Assembly: GCA_964342815.1 (NCBI GenBank)
Contig: CAYFHS010000003.1
Span: forward strand, 64,001-128,000
Direction: 5' to 3'
Origin: an uncultured archaeon
GTDB taxonomy: Archaea; Thermoplasmatota; Penumbrarchaeia; JASLWR01
Length of the DNA: 64,000 bases
In this document: positions 1 to 9,220 of the stretch, piece by piece
How positions within the stretch are numbered: position 1 is the stretch's first letter
Layout of the letters: the number at the start of each line of letters is the position of its first letter
Translations under genes and position numbers: made by a program
The notes under the pieces: model-generated
What the model was told of the DNA's origin: nothing
The model's database searches: none
The model's input: the letters and a program-made list of their open reading frames with translations, nothing else

Positions 1-163
1 TGCGCAATCATGGCCAGTGAGCTAAAGTGAGTGGATTTGTTCCCACGGGGATGGTTCCACCTGCTGTAAAATATGATAAATGCTGGTGAAATAAGGTGAA
101 TCTATATATATCATAAATGGAATTAAACGGCCAATAATGTCTCTAAATATATCTTTATAGGAA

Positions 164-3100
164 GTGGAGTTAATGATTGTATTTGGTAAGAATAGAACTA
201 TTTCGTGCCTTATTTGCGGAATAATAATGTTAATTGCAGCGTTTTCGGGAATGGTAAATGCCGAATCCCCGGAAGACGAGATACGGATGGAAGTAAAAAT
301 TGATATTGACTCCCATCATGCCCTCAAGAACGAAAATATGATGAGCTTATCGGGATTGAAGAACTCAGTTCCCAATGGAATGGGGGACCTTGATCCCCTG
401 GCTCCCCTTGCGCGCGGTAGAGGAGGGTGGTCCATTGCCGAGAAATGGAACAACAAAACACTATTGAATAATACCATTTTCGATATTGCCACCGGCGACC
501 TTAACGGCGATGGATACGCGGATCTGGCCGTTGTGGGCGAGAATCATACCATTGCAACCTATCACAACAATCATTCATTCGGTTTCAGAAAACATTTCGT
601 GGACATAGACAATAACAAGAACTACAGCCGTGTGGCGCTCGGTGACGTCGATAATGACGGAGACCTAGATATGATGACGGCAACCTGGCCGAATCCGGTG
701 CAAAACCCCACTTCCCTGGACCTTTATCTGTATGAGAACAAGGGAGCCGGGAATTTCATCGGTGGAGGCGGAGTCCACAAAGTGGATGTGGGAGCTGCGG
801 CGACATACGGATTTCTATTTACAATAACCTTAAGGTCCGGAGATTTCAACAACGACGGAAAAGCGGACTTCGTCCTGGGTATAAGCCATAACCATCCGAA
901 CCACGTTGGTGACGGTAATCCCGCCAGAGCAACTATCTTTTTCCTTTTGAACAACGGTGCCGGCGGATATGCGTCAACCTCAACAACGATTGATACTTCT
1001 AACAATCAATGGGGCGTGCTCTGGATTGCTGCCATCCAGGCAAAAGAAGCCACCGGCGATAATTTCGACGACGTTGTGTTGAGCATTTACGGCTATAACG
1101 AATATCAGGTAAGTTATTATCCGGGCGAGATAAGGGTCTACAAAGGGGGCGCACAGGGAATAGTACTTCCCAATGCCCACTGGAGCTACCAGTACAACCA
1201 AAACGATGAATGGACCTTCACGGTTGACGTGGGCGAGTTCACCGGTGACGGTAATCCCGATATATTGATATCCACCGATGCAGAGAACCAAAACGGAGAC
1301 TGGGTTGACGGGAAAGTTTGGCTTGCCACGGGGCAGGGGGCTCAGGGATATGTAAACCCGGTTGCAAAGTTCACGGTACAGGGTCAAGGAACCGGTTTTT
1401 CTATGAACGTATACAATTTCGACGATGAAGACAGGGACGATTTCGTTCTGGGATACAGCTGGGACACGAACGCGGATGACATCATCGATCGATGGGAGTT
1501 GAGGATATACACCATAAACAATCAGGGAGCTTTCGCCCTGAAATGGTCCGACAACACAGGCCCGCAGGGTACCCTCAAAGGCAAGGTCGGTCGTATCTGG
1601 GCAGACGATTTCGACAACAGCGGTGCGGGAGATGTCCTCTATTCCGGGGAAGACCTGCGACTGCTTGACGTGAGAACCGGGTACGAGCCGGATAATATCC
1701 CTCCGGCTGCCATAATCGACCTCGGCGTTGCTCAACCTCAGGGCATGCAAAGCGATACGGTCCGGCTTGCGTGGAGCGCTCCGGGGGACGATGATAAAAC
1801 CGGGGGCCCGCCGGCATATTACATTGTCCATTATGCGGATTTCGCAATCAATATTGGTAACTTCAATACTACCACCAATGCATCAAATGCACCAAAACCC
1901 GCAGGCCCCGGCAACACCGAAACTTTCCAGATAGATAAACTCGAATCCTCAACTACTTACTATTTCGCCGTTCGCACTGTGGACGACGCCGGGAACTGGG
2001 CACCATTATCCAACGTGGTAAGCTTCGGGATACCTGATTTTGTGGTGCCGGACGGCATAAACGATCTGGCAGCTTCGTTCATTTCCGAAGACGGGGAGAT
2101 AGAACTTAGCTGGACCGCTCCGGGGGATGACGGAGATACCGGTACGGTGAACTCCTATCTCGTTGGATTTTCTGATACAAACATCGTAGACTTCGAAACA
2201 GTTACAAAGATAACCGCCGGGCTGCCGACACCACAGGCAGCAGGTGCTGCCGAGTCAATGAGGATCGATATCAACAGCACTGCGGGTCTGGATTTCGACG
2301 AGACAAACTATTATGCCGTGATAGCCAAGGACGAAGCGGATAACGAGGGAGAACTCTCCAACGTGGTTTCGGTCAAGCTTCCGGACATCACATCTCCAGA
2401 CGCGGCCTCTCTTTCTGCGGTACCCGGCGACAACGACGGAGAGATCAAAATAATCTGGCAGGCCACAGGGGACGACGGTACCGATGGGAAAGCGGATTCC
2501 TACGAGATGCGTTATTCCTCCACGGTTTTCACCGCCGACGCTTATGACAGCGCTGCCTTGGTCACCGGGCTGCCGGCTCCCGGCAATACCGGAACTTCGG
2601 AAGAGTTCGTAATGACGGGGCTGGATGGTGGGACCACCTATTATTTCGCTTTGAAGGTTTTCGACGACGCCCTGAACCCTTCGGCCGTGTCCAACGTGGT
2701 TTCCGCAGTGGCAACGGACGCCACGGCACCAGACAAGATAAGCGGTATAGAACTCGCAGATACCCTCGATGACAACGGCGGATCCCTGACCGTGACCTGG
2801 ACCATATCCGCTGCCCCCGATTTTGAGAGTTACAGGATATACGTTTCAAAGTCCGAAATCATAACACCCGACCAGGATGACATGATCCATGAGATCGATG
2901 ACATAAATACCAGTATATACAATTTCACCAAGGTGGACGGAAAAAAGCTTGTTGACGGAACCGAGTACTATGTGGGGATAACGGCAGTGGATACAACGGG
3001 TAACGAGGGAGTTCCGGGTACGGGTGCCAAAGCCAGCCCGAAGGATGACCTAGAACCCAAGATCCTCTATTTCCAGCCTTCGAAGAGCTCCTTGAAACTT

Positions 3101-4492
3101 GAGGCCGACAGCGAGCAAACTTTCAACATCACCGCAGAATTCTTTGACGATGAAACACGGAAAATACAGTGGTACGAAGACGATGACAAAATAAGGCAGC
3201 AAACTAAAAGTATTCTAATATACGAGGTTCCCTCGGAGATAGGGGATACCTTTAGCATAAAGGTGGAACTGGACGACGGTACCAGCAAGGCGGAGCACAG
3301 CTGGGACATTGAGGTGGTGGACGCTGGTCAGGGGGATGTAGGTGACGATGACGACACCGAAGATGATGACACTGAAGATGATGATGCAACTGGAGATGAC
3401 GACACCGAGGACGATGATACGGCCGGGGACGACGATACCACCGGAGATGATGATAACGATGATGATGACGGAACCGATTTCTGGACCGATAAGATCGATA
3501 TTGACGGCGACGGTCTGGACGACCGATGGGAGAAATTCTATTTCGGCGATACGGACTCTCAGGGTCGAACTGGAAATCCCGACAAGGATAAATACAACAA
3601 TGTTCAGGAATATCTGAAGAAAACCGATCCCACCAAGAATGACGATCCGCGAGCAGGCGACCCCACTGCGAACACTGGTGAAATAAGCAGCGTAAAAGAC
3701 GATAACAACTGGTTGTGGATTGCCATCGGATCAGGCATATTCTTACTGATTTTGGTGATTGTGGTCCTCCTTCTGATCATCTCGAGAAGATCCAAAAGAA
3801 GAAGAGAGGAAGAGGACGTGGTGCCAACACCTGTGGAAATACCCCAAAAGGACCTGGAGGCGGAGGAACTGTACGGACGGGTCACGCCATCCGAAGACGG
3901 TCCAACCGTGACCATCTCGTCCATGGAGGAAGACGCAGGAGACGAGGAAAGTATAGAGGTGGATCGGGATGCAATGGAATCTTTCTTTTCCGCGGTGGAC
4001 GATTCCGAGCAGCCAGCCCTTCTTCCATCGGCGGGGCCATTCGAGGGGACCTTGGGACCAGGACTATTTGCCAGCATGAATGAGGAAAATGAAGAGGAAT
4101 CCTTGAAGGACCTCACCCGTGACATCCTTGCGGAAAAGACTCCGAAAGAAGAGAAATCCCTTTCACTGGATTCACTTTTCTCACCTATTATGGATGCCGA
4201 TGGGGAGGACGAGGAAGAATTGATAAGCGAACTGGCTCCCATGGAATCCGAGGGATTCGGAGACAAGTTCCTTGATGATCTTCTCACACTGGTTCCCTTC
4301 GAAGATGAAGATATGAAGACCATTGAGCCAGAGCAAGAAACCGCCGGGATCGACGAGACCTCCACGGAAAGCGAAGAAGTTCCCCTGGAAGTTGCATGCT
4401 ACAACTGCAATAACAGTATACCGATCTACACGGATGAAAGACCGTTGATAATCACCTGTTCCGAATGCGGCGCGCAGGGCGAGATCGAATAG
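164..4492 (+). CDS. Giant membrane-anchored surface protein (FG-GAP/VCBS beta-propeller, FN3-like repeats, Asp-rich linker, TM helix, acidic cytoplasmic tail, C-terminal Zn ribbon)
   Basis: Signal peptide. About 7 FG-GAP-like motifs (GDLNGDGYADL, GDVDNDGDLD, GDFNNDGKADF, GEFTGDGNPDI). Repeated W(S/T)APGDDG FN3 modules, DGDGLDDRWE motif, hydrophobic WLWIAIG...LLII followed by RRSKRRR, and terminal CYNC...CSEC. Confidence 0.9.
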   Translation: MELMIVFGKNRTISCLICGIIMLIAAFSGMVNAESPEDEIRMEVKIDIDSHHALKNENMMSLSGLKNSVPNGMGDLDPLAPLARGRGGWSIAEKWNNKTLLNNTIFDIATGDLNGDGYADLAVVGENHTIATYHNNHSFGFRKHFVDIDNNKNYSRVALGDVDNDGDLDMMTATWPNPVQNPTSLDLYLYENKGAGNFIGGGGVHKVDVGAAATYGFLFTITLRSGDFNNDGKADFVLGISHNHPNHVGDGNPARATIFFLLNNGAGGYASTSTTIDTSNNQWGVLWIAAIQAKEATGDNFDDVVLSIYGYNEYQVSYYPGEIRVYKGGAQGIVLPNAHWSYQYNQNDEWTFTVDVGEFTGDGNPDILISTDAENQNGDWVDGKVWLATGQGAQGYVNPVAKFTVQGQGTGFSMNVYNFDDEDRDDFVLGYSWDTNADDIIDRWELRIYTINNQGAFALKWSDNTGPQGTLKGKVGRIWADDFDNSGAGDVLYSGEDLRLLDVRTGYEPDNIPPAAIIDLGVAQPQGMQSDTVRLAWSAPGDDDKTGGPPAYYIVHYADFAINIGNFNTTTNASNAPKPAGPGNTETFQIDKLESSTTYYFAVRTVDDAGNWAPLSNVVSFGIPDFVVPDGINDLAASFISEDGEIELSWTAPGDDGDTGTVNSYLVGFSDTNIVDFETVTKITAGLPTPQAAGAAESMRIDINSTAGLDFDETNYYAVIAKDEADNEGELSNVVSVKLPDITSPDAASLSAVPGDNDGEIKIIWQATGDDGTDGKADSYEMRYSSTVFTADAYDSAALVTGLPAPGNTGTSEEFVMTGLDGGTTYYFALKVFDDALNPSAVSNVVSAVATDATAPDKISGIELADTLDDNGGSLTVTWTISAAPDFESYRIYVSKSEIITPDQDDMIHEIDDINTSIYNFTKVDGKKLVDGTEYYVGITAVDTTGNEGVPGTGAKASPKDDLEPKILYFQPSKSSLKLEADSEQTFNITAEFFDDETRKIQWYEDDDKIRQQTKSILIYEVPSEIGDTFSIKVELDDGTSKAEHSWDIEVVDAGQGDVGDDDDTEDDDTEDDDATGDDDTEDDDTAGDDDTTGDDDNDDDDGTDFWTDKIDIDGDGLDDRWEKFYFGDTDSQGRTGNPDKDKYNNVQEYLKKTDPTKNDDPRAGDPTANTGEISSVKDDNNWLWIAIGSGIFLLILVIVVLLLIISRRSKRRREEEDVVPTPVEIPQKDLEAEELYGRVTPSEDGPTVTISSMEEDAGDEESIEVDRDAMESFFSAVDDSEQPALLPSAGPFEGTLGPGLFASMNEENEEESLKDLTRDILAEKTPKEEKSLSLDSLFSPIMDADGEDEEELISELAPMESEGFGDKFLDDLLTLVPFEDEDMKTIEPEQETAGIDETSTESEEVPLEVACYNCNNSIPIYTDERPLIITCSECGAQGEIE
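3341..3468 (+). repeat. Degenerate tandem codon repeat encoding an Asp-rich (G/E)DDD(T/A) linker
   Basis: Translated GDDDDTEDDDTEDDDATGDDDTEDDDTAGDDDTTGDDDNDDDD; repeated gat/gac codons. Confidence 0.85.
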
Positions 4493-4508
4493 TCCCGTAA
4501 AGACGGGA
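4493..4508 (+). terminator. Short hairpin directly after the stop codon, possible terminator or palindromic element
   Basis: TCCCGT-AAAG-ACGGGA perfect stem; further hairpins follow up to about 4600. Confidence 0.35.
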
Positions 4509-4703
4509 ACAAAGTGACCGTCTTCTTGGTAAAGACGTGCCCGCTTTGCTCCGCAACACTCAAGTGTTGCTGCACCCTCGGCAAGTATGCCTACGGGTGC
4601 CAGAATGGGTCGGCTTTACACGGCAATAAAAACTGATTCCGCGCCCGGAAATCCGGTTTGCCGCTAGTAAAAAGGAGGAGATCCCATCTCTCTCGAAGAT
4701 GAA

Positions 4704-5399
4704 ATGAAACAGAGTATCGTGATGTCCCTGGGGGGCTCGATAATAGTCCCTACCGACGGGAAGCTGGATCTTATAAAACGGATCGCAAGACTGCTTGGGA
4801 CCTACTGCGAGTCATACCGTTTCTTTCTGGTGGTGGGAGGCGGCAGGACGGCAAGGGAATATATCGGTTATGCCCGGGAGCTGGGCGGCGACGAATCGTA
4901 TCTCGATGAGCTGGGGATAGCGGTCACAAGACTGAACGCAATGCTGATGATAACCGCCATGGGGGAAAAGGCGGCGCCGGTTGTTGCGGAGAGCTATGAC
5001 CAGGCTCTTCAGCTGGGGAGAAACTACAGTATAGTGATCATGGGGGGAACCCATCCGGGGCATACCACCGACGCCGTGGGGGCCATGCTCTGCGAGAGGT
5101 GTAAAGGTAAAATTTTCATAAACGCCACCACCGTTGACGGAATATATGACAAGGATCCCGCTGAGTTCCCGGAGGCCGAGAGATTCCATGAGATAGATAC
5201 GAGAGAGCTGTTGAACCTCATAATGGGGACTTCTGCGAAGGCGGGTCCGAACGTGGTAATGGACCCTGTTTCGGTACGGATACTTGCCCGTTCGAGAATA
5301 GAGGGAATAGTGGTGGACGGAAGGAACACCCGCGAGCTGGAAAAGGCCATACTTGGTGAGAATTTCGTGGGTACAAGGATAATACCTAAAGATGAATGA
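4704..5399 (+). CDS. pyrH: UMP kinase (archaeal type)
   Basis: SLGGS, VVGGG.TAR.YI, D.LGI.VTRLNA, GGTHPGHTTDAV, TTVDGIYDKDP motifs. Confidence 0.95.
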   Translation: MKQSIVMSLGGSIIVPTDGKLDLIKRIARLLGTYCESYRFFLVVGGGRTAREYIGYARELGGDESYLDELGIAVTRLNAMLMITAMGEKAAPVVAESYDQALQLGRNYSIVIMGGTHPGHTTDAVGAMLCERCKGKIFINATTVDGIYDKDPAEFPEAERFHEIDTRELLNLIMGTSAKAGPNVVMDPVSVRILARSRIEGIVVDGRNTRELEKAILGENFVGTRIIPKDE

Positions 5400-5727
5400 G
5401 GAGAGGGGAAATATCATGCCAAGCCGAAAAAAAAGTTCGATAGATGACATACTTAAGGACGAAAGCGCCATAATCAAGGACATGGTGGAAAAGAAAAAGG
5501 GGAAAAAGAAGCACAAAGATAACAAAAAGAAGGACAAGGGTACGAGAATAATACAGCACAAACACTGCATTGTATGTTTCAAGGCCATAGGGCTTGGCCG
5601 GGATTACTGCTCCGACGAGTGCAAGGAGATACATGTCGCAAAGATAAAGAGGCAGAAGAGAATGATGTATATCATGTACGGCGTTCTAGCCGTGGTTTTC
5701 GTTCTTGTGGTCCTTACGAATCGTTAG
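5392..5727 (+). CDS. DUF2116-family Zn-ribbon membrane protein
   Basis: HKHCIVC...YCSDEC followed by a C-terminal TM helix; overlaps the pyrH stop. Confidence 0.8.
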   Translation: MNEERGNIMPSRKKSSIDDILKDESAIIKDMVEKKKGKKKHKDNKKKDKGTRIIQHKHCIVCFKAIGLGRDYCSDECKEIHVAKIKRQKRMMYIMYGVLAVVFVLVVLTNR

Positions 5728-5822
5728 ATCGTCATCAACAATTGATCCATCCTAAGCTTTTTTTTTCACGAGTGGTAGTATTTTCTCTATTACGGGTGAG
5801 AAGGTTGAAGGTAAGAAGCGAG

Positions 5823-6275
5823 ATGGAATCCCGCCATGGCCGAACCTGTGTAGGCGGTACCTTCGATATTCTGCACGACGGACACAGGGAACTTCTGGGG
5901 AAGGCGGCGGAAGCAGGTCAGAATGAAATTCTTCTCGTTGGTATAAGTTCGGATGAGCTTGCATCTTCAGGCCGCTCTCGAAAGGTCCGTTCGTTCCAGG
6001 AGAGAGCGGATACGGTAGGCTCGTATCTTAAAAGCCTGGGATGTCGTTACGAAATTGTGGAACTACATGATTTTTCCGGTCCTGCTGGCTTTGAAGCAAG
6101 ATTAGATACTATCGTTGTATCGTCGGAAACCCGAAAGAACGCCGAGAGGATCAACATAATTCGGAAGGAAAATGGGCTCAAGTCCTTAAGGATAATATGC
6201 ATAGATATGCTCCTCGGGGACGATGGTGTTGTGCTGAGTTCTACTATGATTGCGGAAAGCGGTACCGAACAGTAA
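5823..6275 (+). CDS. coaD: Phosphopantetheine adenylyltransferase (archaeal type)
   Basis: VGGTFD.LH.GH (HxGH), IVVSSET, INIIRKENGL..L, LSST. Start moved from 5574 to the in-frame ATG at 5823. Confidence 0.9.
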   Translation: MESRHGRTCVGGTFDILHDGHRELLGKAAEAGQNEILLVGISSDELASSGRSRKVRSFQERADTVGSYLKSLGCRYEIVELHDFSGPAGFEARLDTIVVSSETRKNAERINIIRKENGLKSLRIICIDMLLGDDGVVLSSTMIAESGTEQ

Positions 6276-6484
6276 GTTTATAAGCAAGATTTTTTAGTAA
6301 TTCCAGATGAAGAATTTAGAGAAGTAAAGTGATCGAATGTCATTATGATCTGATATTTTCTTACACTTTGTGCCAGAAATAATAAATAGTTACAAAACGT
6401 TATGTTTTATAATGAAGCGTAATCGACCCTTTGAGATCACGATTACACACACATTGACAATATGAAACATAACGGGTGAACACA

Positions 6485-6718
6485 ATGGTCCAGGCAGTTA
6501 TCAATCTGAATGAGCACGAGAACAGGGTCATCAATATAGTAAAGGGCAAGTTTGGCTACAGGAATAAATCAGAGGCCATAAATCATATCATTCACGAATT
6601 CGAGACGGAATTGCTCGAACCCGAGCTTCGCCCGGAGTACATCGATAAAATGAAGGAGCGAGAGAAGGAGCCCACTGTAAGGGTTAAGAACTTCAGAAAA
6701 CATTTCGGGTTGGAATAA
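6485..6718 (+). CDS. Antitoxin, DUF2683-like
   Basis: MVQAVINLNEHENRVINIVKGKFG..NKSEAIN...EPELRPEY; its stop overlaps the toxin ATG. Confidence 0.8.
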   Translation: MVQAVINLNEHENRVINIVKGKFGYRNKSEAINHIIHEFETELLEPELRPEYIDKMKEREKEPTVRVKNFRKHFGLE

Positions 6719-6984
6719 TGTACGAGGTTTTATACAGAAAATCCGTCGAGAAGGTTTTCTTCAAGATAGCCCGGAAGAACAGAAAACAGCTGGAGATAAT
6801 TTATCGAAAGATAGAGAAGATTCAGCAAAATCCGCATCATTACAAGAATCTCAGAAGACCGCTTCAACACCTTAAACGTGTTCATATTGACAGAAGCTTC
6901 GTACTGGTTTTTTCGGTTGACGAACTCAATATGACGGTTGTGATCGAGGACTATGATCATCATGATAACATTTACAATAAATAG
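6718..6984 (+). CDS. RelE/ParE-superfamily addiction-module toxin
   Basis: 88 aa basic protein with NPHHYKNLR.PL...KRVHID.SFVLVF...DYDHHDNIY; coupled to the upstream antitoxin. Confidence 0.85.
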   Translation: MYEVLYRKSVEKVFFKIARKNRKQLEIIYRKIEKIQQNPHHYKNLRRPLQHLKRVHIDRSFVLVFSVDELNMTVVIEDYDHHDNIYNK

Positions 6985-7004
6985 AAATTGATCAACTACT
7001 TAGT

Positions 7005-7481
7005 TCACTTTTCTCCATCCAAACTCCCCCAGTACTCCTTCATCTTCCTCTTGGTCAGGCTCCCGCCTCCCTCACCCCTTTTCACTCTCGCTATCGGAAG
7101 GGCCCGATGAAGCATCTTGTGATGTTCCGCGCACAATGAAATGCAGTTTCCCGGCTCGAACTCCGCGCCGCCCAGATATATGGGAACAACGTGATGAACG
7201 TCCTTGGCCTTTCGATGGTTTCCGCGCTTCAGGCATTCCTGGCATTCGTAGCCGTCACGGTCTAAAACGATCTTTTTCAAGCGGTCCCACGTGACCTTCT
7301 CCCTGAAGCTCATTGCAGGTGGTTCGTTTACGTATCTATTGCAGCACTGGTCACTGCAGAACTTGACCTGCCCCTTGGGGAGCTGATGCCCGCAGCAAGC
7401 GCAGTGTCCCTTACGGTACTCGGGGTAGCGTTTCCCCTGGATTTTATGCTCCACAGTACCAGTAGTACTTCTTAGTGCCAT
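7005..7481 (-). CDS. HNH endonuclease with N-terminal Zn finger
   Basis: CACCG...FCSDQC, VLDRDGYECQEC, DVHHVVP...GG...N.ISLC..HH. Start uncertain (ATG 7481 or TTG 7565). Confidence 0.85.
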   Translation of the reverse strand: MALRSTTGTVEHKIQGKRYPEYRKGHCACCGHQLPKGQVKFCSDQCCNRYVNEPPAMSFREKVTWDRLKKIVLDRDGYECQECLKRGNHRKAKDVHHVVPIYLGGAEFEPGNCISLCAEHHKMLHRALPIARVKRGEGGGSLTKRKMKEYWGSLDGEK

Positions 7482-7554
7482 TTGGGTATCGTCCCTTATT
7501 AGCAATTCTATAGGCCCTGACCCGGACACATGCCAGCCCTCGGCCGATGCAGGG

Positions 7555-8991
7555 TCATGATTCAAATATGTTCTCCAACACGATCCCGTCGATATCTGAA
7601 TCGGGTTTTATGCTGAAAATCGATAAAACAGTTGGAGCAATATCGTAAATGCTCGCGTCGATCTTGAAAGCTCTCTTGATCCCGGCTCCGTATGCAAGGA
7701 AAATGCCATTCCTGTGATGGGTTGCCACCCACTTATCATTTTTGGATGTGTAATCGATATGTTTGGATCGATCAAGGGATACCTGACCTCTAAGGGAATA
7801 AGTATCGGACCAGATTAACAGATCAGGCGCTTTTTCGGTATGATCCCCCCAATATTCCGAGGTTTTTTTATTCATATCGAGAAAACGGACCCCCATATTA
7901 TCCTTAAGTCGGTTCATTTCTTCATATAATTTCCCAATCATCTCCTTGTCTCTGACATAAACTCCGCCCTCCACGAAAAAAGCCTTTGATTCCCCAATGT
8001 TCGCCACCGCTCCAATTCCCTGGTCCGAAATCATTTTTTTGTCAGTTGGTAGCGTTTTTCCAATTTTTCTTTGGAACTCGGGCGAAAATATTTTTCTGCC
8101 AAGCGATAAAAGACCGAATTTCTTCATGAGCCGGTAAATCCTGGATCTTGTTATCCCGAACCTACTCATCATTTTAAGGAATTTAAATCTGGGATGTAAC
8201 TTGAGATACCCCTTTTTTCGCAGCCATTCGTTCACGTAGAAAGCTCCTTTCATCTTGTGGAATCCATGATCGGAGCACATGAAAAGAACAGTATTTTCGT
8301 CATGGTCGATCTTTTTCACAATTTTTTCTAGTCTCTTATCGATATGCTTCCACAAATCCTTCAATCCCTTTGTTCCCCAGAGGAAATGCTGAGCGGTATC
8401 GGTTTCGAATATGACCGAGCATACCATATCGTAATCTTCACAAAGAATATCATCCAACAGATCAAATTTGGATTTTACGCTCTCCATGAGTATTTTGATG
8501 TCCCTGTTCTCAGACATCAGGAACTCCTCCGGGAACGGATCGTAGTTATATTTCTTTCTCAATGTCTTCTCGAGCTCTCTGGGATACGTGTAATTATGGC
8601 CCACGGAGAACGGTCCGGAGACCATGATGCCGTTGACCTTCTTGGGAGGGTAAGTTATCGGGACCCCTATTACTGCGACTTTCTTGTCTTCATTAGACAA
8701 ATAATCCCACATCTCGCGGTTGTCTTTCACGGATTTAGCGTTACACGGTCTCAATTTTCCGTTCTCCAACTGGATGTGACCGAACAAACCCAGTTTCCCT
8801 GGATTCTTTCCTGTTGAAAATGATTTCCAGGCGGGGAAGGTAACAGGTGGCAGGGTGCTCTTCAGTTTGCCCCAAGCTCCATTTTTGAAAAGTTTTTTAA
8901 ATGTCGGCAGGTCCCCCTTTTCCGCCCAAGGTCTTATTAAATCCCATGTCGCACCGTCAAATCCGATGACAACTACCTTCACTTTGTCCAT
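7555..8991 (-). CDS. Alkaline phosphatase superfamily / type I phosphodiesterase-nucleotide pyrophosphatase family protein
   Basis: IGFDGATW, STLPPVTFPAW.SF.TGKNPG, SDHGF, H.RNGIF.AYG, D.APTVL. Confidence 0.9.
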   Translation of the reverse strand: MDKVKVVVIGFDGATWDLIRPWAEKGDLPTFKKLFKNGAWGKLKSTLPPVTFPAWKSFSTGKNPGKLGLFGHIQLENGKLRPCNAKSVKDNREMWDYLSNEDKKVAVIGVPITYPPKKVNGIMVSGPFSVGHNYTYPRELEKTLRKKYNYDPFPEEFLMSENRDIKILMESVKSKFDLLDDILCEDYDMVCSVIFETDTAQHFLWGTKGLKDLWKHIDKRLEKIVKKIDHDENTVLFMCSDHGFHKMKGAFYVNEWLRKKGYLKLHPRFKFLKMMSRFGITRSRIYRLMKKFGLLSLGRKIFSPEFQRKIGKTLPTDKKMISDQGIGAVANIGESKAFFVEGGVYVRDKEMIGKLYEEMNRLKDNMGVRFLDMNKKTSEYWGDHTEKAPDLLIWSDTYSLRGQVSLDRSKHIDYTSKNDKWVATHHRNGIFLAYGAGIKRAFKIDASIYDIAPTVLSIFSIKPDSDIDGIVLENIFES

Positions 8992-9220
8992 AATTGCACC
9001 GTTTTTTACTGGTGGGAGCTATACTGAGAATTAGATCAAGGAATTGATTCCGGAAGTATTTCCAACAATAAATAAATAGTGTTTTCAATCCCCATGGGGA
9101 GTATAATAACTAATTGTTCTACCTCTGAAAATAACAGTTTCACACAATCGAAAAGAAAAATTTTTCATAATAAAGATAATTCCGGGTATAAATTCACCTT
9201 AATCAACCGGGGAAATTCGA

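Noticed and set aside
980-1831. 283-aa antisense ORF, plus others at 724-1005 and 3604-4365
   Set aside because: Shadow frames of the well-supported 1442-aa gene, with no recognisable motifs.
5574-5822. N-terminal extension of PPAT in the ORF track
   Set aside because: It overlaps the DUF2116 gene and its TM-coding end; PPAT homology starts only after ATG 5823.
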